DNA of 34,906 nt from an uncultured euryarchaeote (GTDB lineage: Archaea > Thermoplasmatota > Poseidoniia > Poseidoniales > Poseidoniaceae), in NCBI GenBank assembly GCA_937897365.1, contig CALCOP010000155.1:1-34906 (forward strand), in the 5' to 3' direction. Numbering within the stretch: the first letter of the stretch is position 1; each line of letters begins with the position of its first letter. The notes beneath the pieces were generated by a model. The model saw nothing but the letters and a program-made list of their open reading frames with translations, was not told the origin of the DNA and ran no database searches. The position numbers and the translations under genes were made by a program. Of this stretch, positions 26,401 through 34,906 are shown piece after piece.

Positions 26401-28501
26401 TCGAGTTCAAACGGGTGTAGAGAATCTCTTCATCTGCAGTAGCGTTTCCTGAATCGACCCAAGCGATGTGGACATTGTTTTGATCATCGGTGAGGAGAGC
26501 TGGGAATACAGAGTTGCCACCGTATGGGCGGTTGCCTGGAAGTCCGGAATTACCTTCTACATTCGAGATTGGAGTGTCTTGAATTTTCTTAATTGCATAG
26601 GTAGAGAGGCCTTGGTCTGCTCCATCCCATGCACCTGCTCCTTGCAATCGTAGCTTGGTGTAGAAGACTTCGTAATTCACGCCCTTTTCGAATCCATAGT
26701 TTCGACCATCCATCCAAGCAATGTGGGTGTTGCCTTGCATATCGACACCAATTGATGGGTGGAATGAATAAGCGTCATCGATGGTTACTCGAGTGTCGTT
26801 AACGACAACAAGATGGCCGTCTGCTCCTGCGCCAGTATCTTCAGCGTAAGAGCCGCCGACAATGGAGTGACCAGTTGCACCAGGAACCCATGATTGATCG
26901 TTGTTCATCTTTCCGTAGGGGTCAAGAATTGACATGTAAATTTCACGGGAATTGTTGGTCGAGATGTAGACCATTGCTTCGACAAGAAGAGCCATTGCGT
27001 TTGCACCGCCGCTTCCGGATGGGAATTCGTATGCTTGGCCACCAGCGTCGGAGCTGCGTAGAGTATTACCCGGACAGTTTCGAGTTGAGGTGGATACAAC
27101 GCTGTTTGGACATTGAACCAAGTCCATGAAGTGAGACTGAATGTTTCCTGCTCCACCGTAACCCTGTCCATAGAGGCCGACTGGAATGACACCAGCGGTA
27201 ATACAGTTGTCGTGAGCCTCTTCTATCGAAGTGAGATCATCTGCTTGCTGAGACGGGTCGCCATCTTTCGGACCTTCATCTGAAACTGGAATAACAATCT
27301 TCGTTGCGTTCGGGTTCCAGCGGTGGTCGTCTTGGGTTGGAGGGTTTCCTGGAACGTTACCATTGGAATCTTTCCATGAGAGACAAGCCCAGTTACTTCC
27401 AGGACCCCAGTCTTCGCCGGAGTATCCAGAATAGGTATTACCGTTGTAAACAGTACCTGGTAACTTGCGGATACCACCAGAATCGTCACCTGGGAATTGC
27501 CCAAGGGGTGTTGTTCGTGGGCCGGTGTTTTGGTTCTTACCAGCACAGTTACCAGAACTTGCAGCACTTGGGAGTGTGTTACCCAAACCGTAGATGGTTT
27601 CGTAAACAGTCATGTTTGCTGTTTCAAGCATTGGCTTAATTCCTTGGAAGTATCCACCTGATGCAAAGTTTCCACCATAAACGACAGTGCATATGTCCGC
27701 CCATTCAGAATACATCGAACCAGAGGTATCGACGACGAAATTCAATTCGACCTTTCCGCCACGAGTATCATCCCAAGCGATTTGAACGTAATCGTTCGCA
27801 TCTACGACGACATCGGGATGACCCTTGTGACCAATGATTGGTGTGAGGAGGGTATCGTCGAAGTTCGTAATGACGGAACCTGTGGCGATGTCTGGGACAA
27901 GCATGGTGTAATAGATTTGAGGCTGATTAAAGAAACGACCGAGTTCGTCATAGGAATCTTCCCACACAATGTGAACTCCACCCTGGCTGTCGATATCGAT
28001 CGCAGGCCAATCACGGTTTTGAGCGCGACTTGAAACGACATAATCGTCAATTGCAGAAAGTGTTCCGTCATCGGACGCCGAACCATCCATTGCCGCTGCC
28101 CACGGATTAAGTACAGTGTAGACAATTTTGTGTTGAGCAGACTTATCTGCCCAAACGATGTGGATTTTGTCGTTTTCATCGACAACCATGTCGGGATGCC
28201 AAATCTTGTGAAGTCCTGGATTCGTGATTTGTGTAGTATCAATCAATGTCTCTCCACGAGGTGAAAGCATGGAGTAGTAGAGGTGGAGGTTATTTCGAGC
28301 CCAAACCACGTGAACATTTCCTTCACTATCAGAGCCAACTGCGGTCTGCGTGTCGGCAGCGGTTCCACCGTCAACAATCTGAATCGCTTCAGTGATAACA
28401 ACGGTGTTTGCTGTGGCAGTTAGAGTTGCTAAAAACAACGTCGAGAGGACGGAAAGCAACATAATCGATACAAGGCTGACTGACTTAATTTTTTGACCCA
28501 T
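23411..28501 (-). CDS. Large cell-surface protein: signal peptide, 7-blade beta-propeller with inserted vWA/MIDAS domain, Ig-like (NEW3/CARDB-type) stalk, TM anchor
   Basis: Seven P...D..G..HI.W.D...I.Y repeats; FVVDTSGSM; repeated ITNTGN/VTNLGN/ITNNGN/LRNDGN strands; VVVDPSNEIVETQESDN (CARDB-type); C-terminal TM. Confidence 0.8.
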   Translation of the reverse strand: MGQKIKSVSLVSIMLLSVLSTLFLATLTATANTVVITEAIQIVDGGTAADTQTAVGSDSEGNVHVVWARNNLHLYYSMLSPRGETLIDTTQITNPGLHKIWHPDMVVDENDKIHIVWADKSAQHKIVYTVLNPWAAAMDGSASDDGTLSAIDDYVVSSRAQNRDWPAIDIDSQGGVHIVWEDSYDELGRFFNQPQIYYTMLVPDIATGSVITNFDDTLLTPIIGHKGHPDVVVDANDYVQIAWDDTRGGKVELNFVVDTSGSMYSEWADICTVVYGGNFASGGYFQGIKPMLETANMTVYETIYGLGNTLPSAASSGNCAGKNQNTGPRTTPLGQFPGDDSGGIRKLPGTVYNGNTYSGYSGEDWGPGSNWACLSWKDSNGNVPGNPPTQDDHRWNPNATKIVIPVSDEGPKDGDPSQQADDLTSIEEAHDNCITAGVIPVGLYGQGYGGAGNIQSHFMDLVQCPNSVVSTSTRNCPGNTLRSSDAGGQAYEFPSGSGGANAMALLVEAMVYISTNNSREIYMSILDPYGKMNNDQSWVPGATGHSIVGGSYAEDTGAGADGHLVVVNDTRVTIDDAYSFHPSIGVDMQGNTHIAWMDGRNYGFEKGVNYEVFYTKLRLQGAGAWDGADQGLSTYAIKKIQDTPISNVEGNSGLPGNRPYGGNSVFPALLTDDQNNVHIAWVDSGNATADEEILYTRLNSTDLTGPGLTALDPWETVAVTSWASNKLGPNSGSQPSIGMPPAFSNDLGSGAHIAWSDTNKCSEEANNNRFTICYSHVLTGQVDVDFQDGETFYHVIEPGQQTIYNMSMNNSTPGPKDLVADTFGLNISGVPQNWTATLFFADNHTTIMPDTAIFLEGGEDIRFYMRVRAPSVYQADADQIADISVTAKSYKDPAIQSDLVTRTLMDVVHGINLDTSHSMADVEQGQTAIFSITITNTGNVNDRFIFWDPYTLEGQQEWLLPFNWAVNFPTSVELDPGQSVTKNLEVLVPTSEDPGAFVIYLKGWSEGEPIKSIEKGTYDVLELGVFVSIRSTGNIVMEIFDTSEYVDPGECVTYPIDVTKNFDSGSLVFVTPGAPEAKPDTISMDAWRVDNWVVNLDFSNAPGGNSVDVSEPRAWTIPPGAEYITYEVGVEVCAPTGASAGLGPAVILKAYLDGYPRISASKILSTNVNHVYSLVADADIDDVDMMTLDGQEVLPVNPGQQIIVSTTVTNLGNGPDRFDYRLARVTDPAGVDVLWDIDIPRETLKELSRDTDQIFDITMNIPDQVEAGVYMVVFQTFSEESYPDASGRLTRLRFTQSMPVYVQEFYDMQISMDSTVDNAIKTSAPGRIVRFELNITNNGNVPDWPTLNNHTANRDGEALIWNELPGMGALDGWSVEWRLVKQIGTDLTTEEPCEIVASLDTVNGDEDAAIDPATAFADLSDRCVYLESDERYFMPMMDPYTTYPVVAIVKIAPSAVLDTRSIGLKVVSKMGNMAEGGDHDDSPSWAAESLDTNEFIVTLRLRAPNLVLAEVSVSDDTGDVDTTIPVRVVLRNDGNTHATDIEIVLCEYSDASDTDTINEIKKNGCDDESIVMRQVIGALLAPDDSEDYKEIELVLLYPVSAGSHGVYVVVDPSNEIVETQESDNVKPVENELKSTGGIIDVAGEVVGKTALPFAVILLTFALFGVVYLVGRGRRQDVLDRKAEQSSLVSVLAGAED

Positions 28502-28612
28502 AAATACACATCCAAGGCGAGCGTAAAGAAAAGCACAATCTCATGCTACTTAACCGCGCCTCTTACATGTCATTTTTGAAAGAGGATTTTTGAAAGGTCG
28601 AAAATGAATCTG

Positions 28613-29260
28613 TTAGGCCCATTCAGAAGGGTCAAATCCTGATCCAAAAGACATCTTTTCATCGAATTCAATCTCGTGATGTGTGGACTGATCCGGTTCG
28701 CTGTTCGTGGAAGAAGGAGTGCTCTTGCCCTCTTGTTTCGCTTTCACCCAATCATCGACGGGTCCTGGCTTTCCGATGCCTGGCCCGTGTGTGAATTTAA
28801 TTTCATGAATGATGCCGAGTTTTGCTAACCACAGTTTTCGTAGGGTGTGCATAAATTCATTTTTCGTTAATCCATCAAACCAAACAGGAAGGCTGACGTT
28901 GAATGCTTGAAGGGGTCCAACTTTTTGTTCACCCTCGTGCCCCATGTGAATGCCCCAATCAACGCTTGTTCGAATGAGTTGAAGACGAACATCATGAATC
29001 CATTCCAGCCATGCTTCTTTGTCCTCTTTCATGTGAGTAGCCATTTCTTTCTGTTGACCCTCATCCACTCGAGTCATGCTCGAAACGGCGACAAGGTCGC
29101 GACCCTTTGGAATGACAACAGCAAACATGTGCCCTTGAGGTCCTTGGGGATATCGTATCAAGAGATGCATCTCTGCGCGAGGGTCTTTTTGTTCTTTAAC
29201 CACGAGTCTTTCCTGTTGAACCCATTGTCGGATTCTGTGCATCGCATCCCTCTCTGCCAT
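28613..29260 (-). CDS. DUF2299-like conserved archaeal protein with C-terminal extension
   Basis: IRQWVQQE...DPRAEMH...VVIPKGRD...DGLTKNEFM pattern resembles DUF2299; family call from memory. Confidence 0.6.
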   Translation of the reverse strand: MAERDAMHRIRQWVQQERLVVKEQKDPRAEMHLLIRYPQGPQGHMFAVVIPKGRDLVAVSSMTRVDEGQQKEMATHMKEDKEAWLEWIHDVRLQLIRTSVDWGIHMGHEGEQKVGPLQAFNVSLPVWFDGLTKNEFMHTLRKLWLAKLGIIHEIKFTHGPGIGKPGPVDDWVKAKQEGKSTPSSTNSEPDQSTHHEIEFDEKMSFGSGFDPSEWA

Positions 29261-29336
29261 GCATATGGCAAAACCTCCTCCCGTTTCAAGCGTACTGTTG
29301 AGGCAAACTCTCGTTCTGAGGGTTTAATTGCCGACA

Positions 29337-29579
29337 TCACTCGTTTTGAGTCGTTATTGGTGTGGGCTGCGCAATCGTTGTTAATCGCGGATTGTTCGGC
29401 TGTGACACGTATACTAGAAAGCCCAAAATCCCGCAAACCACAGGTGCGAAAAGGAGGGGCATTATTTCGGCTATAAATTGTTCAAACGCTAAAAGTGAAA
29501 GTCCCATTAAGCCAAGGATATACCTGACAACATTAGTGGTTGAAAACACTTTTTTGGTTAACGACATAAATCGGTTCAT
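29337..29579 (-). CDS. Small two-TM membrane protein
   Basis: 80 aa with two hydrophobic stretches; canonical TTATAT box about 27 nt upstream of ATG 29579. Confidence 0.55.
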   Translation of the reverse strand: MNRFMSLTKKVFSTTNVVRYILGLMGLSLLAFEQFIAEIMPLLFAPVVCGILGFLVYVSQPNNPRLTTIAQPTPITTQNE

Positions 29580-29708
29580 GAGAGCAATAGTTGAACAGGG
29601 GTCATATAACGCTGTGTTTTTCAGTCAAGAACCGCGAAATTGACGCGTATGGCCATCAGTTGAGCGTTTTTCAGTGACGAATGGGGGGTGAAATCTCAAT
29701 TTGCCAAA

Positions 29709-31331
29709 TCAAAGCTTATCCATCTCGTCATGCAAAATTTTGAGGGCTCCACGTAAATTCTGACGATTGGTCTTTTTGAAACGGAATCGTCGTAAAGTTC
29801 GAGTGAAATCACACCAGTCATCCCAGAAAAGAGCCGAGGTTCTGCCACTTAACCAGAAGCATGGCAACATTGCGAAGACAAACGTTGCCTTGGCTAAATT
29901 ATGATGCAATGAAGATGCCCCATACATTGAATACCAATCAAATCCAATCAATGATTCAACAGAGGAATGATACATGTTCTCAATCCCTAATAACCCAAAT
30001 GCCATGAAAGGCCAAAACATAAGAGAACCAAACATTGCTGCAAGGAAGTGATACGATGTCCGAGCATCAACACCCTCATCAGTAGAGTCGCCAAATAGCC
30101 TGCCTACAGCGATTTGTGGCGTGAAACAATAGAAAAACAGCGGCAGGAGTGCAAGTAGAAATGGAAGCCGAACTACCTTTGATGCTGCACGAATCGGGTT
30201 GATTCGACGTAAATCGGTACCCGAAGAATTCAAATCTCGTCCATCAAGTCTTTGCTCCTGCAGTAATCCTGATGCTGCTTTGGCTGGAGTCATCACAGGA
30301 TGTGTGATTGGCGGCAATTCTGCATTATTAACAACCTGTTCATCGGTCATTGGGGGTTGTAAGTGGTTTCTAAAAGCACGTGCAGATTCGACTTCCTCTC
30401 TCCAAGAAAGCGATGGTTGCTTTCTCCTCCGCGCCTCGACATGCCCCATAAGGAGAAGGGCATTGTATTCATCCCAATCTCGCGTATTCGGCGTCATCGG
30501 GACCAACTGAAGGCGCAAGGCATCCCTAAGAGCGAAAACGTGTTCAGCTTCTGGCTCAACCCAATTGCCTTGCGATACTGCTTGGACGAGTTCTTGAGAG
30601 ATATCTTCTTGTTGTATGTGCAGTGGTGCGCCATACTCAATCCAGACGTCCGTCCTAAAATGATCACGACGACGGAAATGAAGACCTATTGGAACAAGTG
30701 CTGGAATCGGTTTATTGTTTGCTTTAGCAATGGCTGCGGCTGCAAATACAGTGCGGAACGGCCCAGTACGGAAACGTAGCATTGAGGATTCATTATGGCT
30801 GGTTCCTTCGGGGAAAAGGACACAGCCAAACCCTGCTGAAATACCAGTTGCCAACATCATCAATGAGCGCCCATTCAATCGAGTTGCTTCTTCCTCAGAA
30901 CACCCCCCCCGAAGGAGCTCTGCTTTCCGAACGACGGGTTGAACCGCTAATTTGCGAGTCCACCAGCCAAGAAGAGGGCGTGTGACTAAATCGTGACGAC
31001 CTCCCATGACGAAATTCTTAGGGTGTTTGAGAACCATTTGCAAGGGGTCAATGAGGCCATTTGTATGCCAGGCACAACACAGATTCCCTCGGTCGATTGG
31101 AAGTGTATCAACACCGGTTACTTCACTGGTCCGAAACTGAACTGCAAGAATACGACGAGCAATCCAGAAAGCGACATTCGACCATAAATAAGAGCCAGGG
31201 ACTTGGCCATCAAACGATGGGATTGGAGTGGTCAGCAATCGATCCATCTTCATATTTTTAGCGGATTTGGAAAGGACTGGCAATTCTTCTCCGTGATGGT
31301 CTACGTTGGTTTGAGGTTCTTGGTCACTCAT
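29709..31331 (-). CDS. PlsC-family (lyso)phospholipid/glycerol-phosphate acyltransferase with C-terminal TM helices
   Basis: Catalytic HxxxxD (WHTNGLID) and FPEGTS; PVVRK; ATGA overlap with the HIT gene. Confidence 0.85.
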   Translation of the reverse strand: MSDQEPQTNVDHHGEELPVLSKSAKNMKMDRLLTTPIPSFDGQVPGSYLWSNVAFWIARRILAVQFRTSEVTGVDTLPIDRGNLCCAWHTNGLIDPLQMVLKHPKNFVMGGRHDLVTRPLLGWWTRKLAVQPVVRKAELLRGGCSEEEATRLNGRSLMMLATGISAGFGCVLFPEGTSHNESSMLRFRTGPFRTVFAAAAIAKANNKPIPALVPIGLHFRRRDHFRTDVWIEYGAPLHIQQEDISQELVQAVSQGNWVEPEAEHVFALRDALRLQLVPMTPNTRDWDEYNALLLMGHVEARRRKQPSLSWREEVESARAFRNHLQPPMTDEQVVNNAELPPITHPVMTPAKAASGLLQEQRLDGRDLNSSGTDLRRINPIRAASKVVRLPFLLALLPLFFYCFTPQIAVGRLFGDSTDEGVDARTSYHFLAAMFGSLMFWPFMAFGLLGIENMYHSSVESLIGFDWYSMYGASSLHHNLAKATFVFAMLPCFWLSGRTSALFWDDWCDFTRTLRRFRFKKTNRQNLRGALKILHDEMDKL

Positions 31332-31765
31332 AGGCACACCTCTTGCAATTGAGTCGAAAGGTGCGCAAGTGATTCGTGATCTGGTTCGCTTGAAGGATTT
31401 GCCTGTGGCCACATGGCATGAAGTGTAGAGCCTCCATCTCCATGTGTTCGAGGAATCACGTGCACGTGTACATGAGGAACTTCTTGACCTGCAAGTGGCC
31501 CGTCATGAATACAAACCGTGAAATCATCGGTTTCAAACTGTTGAGAGAGGATATTTTGAACGGTTGCGACGCCTTCAAACAGCGAATTTCTCGCCTCAGT
31601 TGATAATTCGGAGAGGCGCTGAACACTTTGCTTAGGAATAACAAGTGTATGCCCTAATCGGCGTGGAAAAATATCAAGGAATGCGTACCACATTTCACCC
31701 TCAGCAACCTTGTGAGATGGAATGGAGTTTTCCAAGATACGGTCGAAGATGGTCTTCTCGGCCAT
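31328..31765 (-). CDS. HIT-family nucleotide hydrolase
   Basis: TIFDRI, AFLDIFP..GHTLVIPK, AGQEVPHVHVHVIPR. Confidence 0.93.
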   Translation of the reverse strand: MAEKTIFDRILENSIPSHKVAEGEMWYAFLDIFPRRLGHTLVIPKQSVQRLSELSTEARNSLFEGVATVQNILSQQFETDDFTVCIHDGPLAGQEVPHVHVHVIPRTHGDGGSTLHAMWPQANPSSEPDHESLAHLSTQLQEVCL

Positions 31766-31821
31766 AGCACTGCTACACGGTATCCCTTTTCAGTAGTTCA
31801 CCGGATTTTGATGAAGAGAGG

Positions 31822-33444
31822 TTATTGAGGAGGTAAAATCCAGTTTCCTGTTTTACTCTTGCGAAGAGCGAGCGTATTGACTGCTCCAGTTTGGTCTACT
31901 GTATAATGGTGCAAATGTTCTTCATCGGATTCGCTAAAGTCAGAACGATAGTGGCACCCTCGAGATTCCTTGCGAGCGAGAGCCGATTGTGCAGCGACGA
32001 GGGAAAGGCGTGCGGATGCTTGAGCACGAGCGATTTCTACAAGGTTCGTATTCGCAATTAAGGATGCTTGATCTACGTGTATTGATTCAGCAAGAACGCC
32101 CGCAGCCTCGAGTGATTCGATTGCCGATTGAAGTTCGCCTTCGCTACGATTGTATCCGAGAGCACTTTGCACTGTTTCGCGAACTTTCGTGACGACGTGC
32201 CCGATACGTACGACGCCTTCTTCAGAGGAGTCGGAAACTGCGGAATAGTCCGCTTGGGCTTCTTGTTCGGCTTCATGAGCAGCTTGTGCATTCGCAAACT
32301 TGCGGTGTTTGACCCACTCACCTGCATGTGCTCCAGCAGCAGCCCCCCCAAGTAATGCGTCGAGCATATGATTACCTGGCAAAAAATCTGCGCCATGGAA
32401 ACCAGAACACGAGGCTTCTCCAGCAGCATACAAACCTGTGAACCAACGAGACCATGTCGAGAGAATTGCACGGCCTGATTCATCGACCGTCACTCCACCA
32501 AGAGTCGTGTAAGGTCGTGCTTCAATTTCAATTGTTTGCCGAGTCATGTCGATACCTGTACGCTGTTTGATGCTACGGAATGTGGCTTTCCACCAGACAG
32601 ATGAATCACCCAAATCACGCGCATCAATGACGGGTCGAGAAGCGTTTGAGACTGCCTGACAAAGAGCATCCAATCCACCATCGCCAACTTCGATATCTGA
32701 GCCGTTTGCTTCATGTAAAGTAGCTCCATCATGGAGGAGTCCAAGAGGGAGTATCATGTTCGTATCCTTAATTCCGAGCGGCGTATGTGCAATAAATTCC
32801 ATGTTGCGCAAAGGAACTCCTGCCCGTAGGGCAAGGTCCAGCCCAAGTCCAACGGCTCCGTGGCTGAAGGCACCTGCAAACCCACCATCTGCAAGAATTA
32901 CTGCTTTTGCTTGCAAAGCAGCGATTCTACCGTTCACCAAGTCGACGACAGTGACTCCACTCACGGACTGATTGGTATGAATAAGAGAGAGGGGGAGATG
33001 GTCTCCACGACGAGTGACACCGTGTCGCATGCATTGCTCTTCAAGGACGCGTTGAATTTCACGGCCGGTCGCATCACCAGCATCCGCATTTCGAGCCATA
33101 CCATGACCAGGTGCCTTTCGAACCATGGGAATGCCGTGAGCGTCACGTCGAAAATTAACGCCCCATCGCTCAAGCAGGTCGACTTGGCGTACTGCATCAG
33201 CGGTTCGGGATGCAACAATGTCTTGGTCGTTGAGATAACAACCAGCACGGATTGCATCTTCACGATGATCACGATTATTTGATTCCAAGAGTGATGCAGC
33301 AAGTCCATCCAAGGCAAGATGCGTATCGCTGCCCAAGGCATTCACAGAAAGAACCAATGTCGAAGCCCCTTGCTTTGCAGATTCTGCTGCTGAACGAAGG
33401 GCTGCTGGCCCATCACCCAATACAATAACATCCCATGCTTCCAA
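31822..33444 (-). CDS. SdhA/FrdA/NadB-fold flavoprotein, divergent
   Basis: WDVIVLGDGPAAL, AKAVILADGG, NMEF, GLYAAGEASC..HGA, ALARKESRGCHYRSDF; TTG start uncertain. Confidence 0.85.
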   Translation of the reverse strand: MEAWDVIVLGDGPAALRSAAESAKQGASTLVLSVNALGSDTHLALDGLAASLLESNNRDHREDAIRAGCYLNDQDIVASRTADAVRQVDLLERWGVNFRRDAHGIPMVRKAPGHGMARNADAGDATGREIQRVLEEQCMRHGVTRRGDHLPLSLIHTNQSVSGVTVVDLVNGRIAALQAKAVILADGGFAGAFSHGAVGLGLDLALRAGVPLRNMEFIAHTPLGIKDTNMILPLGLLHDGATLHEANGSDIEVGDGGLDALCQAVSNASRPVIDARDLGDSSVWWKATFRSIKQRTGIDMTRQTIEIEARPYTTLGGVTVDESGRAILSTWSRWFTGLYAAGEASCSGFHGADFLPGNHMLDALLGGAAAGAHAGEWVKHRKFANAQAAHEAEQEAQADYSAVSDSSEEGVVRIGHVVTKVRETVQSALGYNRSEGELQSAIESLEAAGVLAESIHVDQASLIANTNLVEIARAQASARLSLVAAQSALARKESRGCHYRSDFSESDEEHLHHYTVDQTGAVNTLALRKSKTGNWILPPQ

Positions 33445-33560
33445 GGTCTCACATCCGGTAATTTATCGCAAGTGGCTCTCATGCATAAGCAAAGCGCTTG
33501 AATGGCCTCGCATCTTATTCGAGTTGAACATAAAAATCATTCTGAGCCCAACTGTATTGG

Positions 33561-34906
33561 TTAAATCACCAACTTTGGCAAAGGTAACTCGCCTTGTACC
33601 CTTGCAGCCTCTAACATTCGAATTCTCTGTTTTGTTTGGCTACCAGCAGCTCGCTGAATTACCGTTCGTATCACTTGCGATTCCAAGACAATCCCCTCGT
33701 CGTCTCGAAGTATAATTTGGACGTCTGCGGCGCCGCGGAAAGAGCGAGGCCAAGCTACCCCAATCCAAAGAACAACACCGCGTTCAAGGTATCTGGGCAT
33801 CCAGTCCAATGCATCTTCTTCAGTCATGTGAGAGAGAAGGACGGCCTGTTGAGGTGGTGGGCAAGCTGTCAACTCAAACCGGTGATCTCTTGTTTCTGGT
33901 TCTCCATTCGGCGTTAGAACCTCGACACGGACGTGGCGGGACTCGAAGGTTTGGTTGTTCAAGACAATGAAGAGATTACCTGAACCCTCATAGCAATTGC
34001 CTGCCAAGGCGACGTCCATTCGCCACTCCGCCTGTAGCATGGAAGGTGTTCCTGCTAAGAGGTCGTTTTGCAGTCGGTCAAGCAGTAGAAATGCTTCGGG
34101 TTGCCAACCTCTCGAGTGGGCGATAAGGCGTTGAATCGTGCGCCAATTAAAACGAGCATCTTCATCGAGTAGAAGCGATTCAAATCGTTCCTCGATGATG
34201 AACGATTTGAGTTCTTGATATGCCATGTCCGTACCCAATTCTTCCTCCATGTGGAGGTGAAGAATGTAGAGAAGGCGTTCGAGCGCTTGTTTTGTAATAT
34301 GCCCGGGAATAAGTGCTTTTCTAAACTGCTTTTGCCATGCCTCCCATTCCAAGAACAGGTCGGGGTCAAGATGGGAAACCAGCAGATCTCCCAATACACT
34401 GGCTAACTGGGTCGGGTGATGTGTTGGGGCGTGAAAAGCGATCGAAGAAAATGGATCGCCGAGTTGTCGTATGAAACCATAGGAAAAAATACCGTGGAAG
34501 GATTGAGCAATTCCCAACGTCATTGCGACCAATAAAGCAAGATTCCATGCAAGGGAATTGGGAGCAACTGCAGAAGCAAGAATAAGCAGTGTTACGGTCG
34601 ACACCGACAGCACAACGAGCACGGCATTGTTACGACGTTGGTCTCTCAGACTCTCCATAATCCGATCCATACCAGGCTGAGCACGAAGAATGTGCTTTTT
34701 GCCGACGCGTACACCGCCCTGTTCTCGGAGAGAAATCCTTGCTTGCATCGCTTGCCAAGCAGATTCTCCTGCAATGACTGTTGGACTTGCTGCGACGAGA
34801 ATAAAGGGTATAAGAATGAAAATATATCCGTTTGCAGATTCAATAATCGGGGAATGTATAACACTTACAAAAGCGAATGTAGCAAGAGCAAAACCACTCA
34901 ATGTCC
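33561..34906 (-). CDS. Hypothetical multi-TM membrane protein with large soluble C-terminal domain (5'-truncated by window edge)
   Basis: Frame open to the window end; four hydrophobic segments in the N-terminal part. Confidence 0.7.
   Translation of the reverse strand, partial: TLSGFALATFAFVSVIHSPIIESANGYIFILIPFILVAASPTVIAGESAWQAMQARISLREQGGVRVGKKHILRAQPGMDRIMESLRDQRRNNAVLVVLSVSTVTLLILASAVAPNSLAWNLALLVAMTLGIAQSFHGIFSYGFIRQLGDPFSSIAFHAPTHHPTQLASVLGDLLVSHLDPDLFLEWEAWQKQFRKALIPGHITKQALERLLYILHLHMEEELGTDMAYQELKSFIIEERFESLLLDEDARFNWRTIQRLIAHSRGWQPEAFLLLDRLQNDLLAGTPSMLQAEWRMDVALAGNCYEGSGNLFIVLNNQTFESRHVRVEVLTPNGEPETRDHRFELTACPPPQQAVLLSHMTEEDALDWMPRYLERGVVLWIGVAWPRSFRGAADVQIILRDDEGIVLESQVIRTVIQRAAGSQTKQRIRMLEAARVQGELPLPKLVI

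Overview
Core-genome segment of an archaeon, most likely a Marine Group II euryarchaeote (Poseidoniales, Thermoplasmatota). This is inferred from tfb, topo VI A/B, Sec61beta and XerA together with large acidic surface proteins and a bacterial-type acyltransferase. The window is densely coding (about 27 CDS), with no recognisable tRNA, rRNA, CRISPR array or transposase. Housekeeping genes: rimK-like, xerA, secG/sec61beta, gcvH, rnhA, galU-like, tfb, top6B/top6A and a HIT protein. Most notable observations: (1) a ~185-nt end-paired, multi-hairpin element directly upstream of the Xer recombinase, a candidate unannotated RNA; (2) neighbouring putative DNA-binding genes: a membrane-anchored SAP protein, an HhH + histone-H1-like protein and a small basic Zn protein; (3) a 1696-aa surface protein with integrin-alpha-like layout (7-blade propeller with an inserted MIDAS/vWA domain, Ig-like stalk, TM, short tail); (4) a non-canonical TT(C/G)AA element 26-28 nt from many start codons, shared between divergent genes; (5) a LeuD-LeuC-order fused aconitase, an SdhA-fold protein lacking catalytic residues, and a PCNA/clamp-type motif on Topo VI-B. 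All calls come from reading motifs by eye; no database searches were run.
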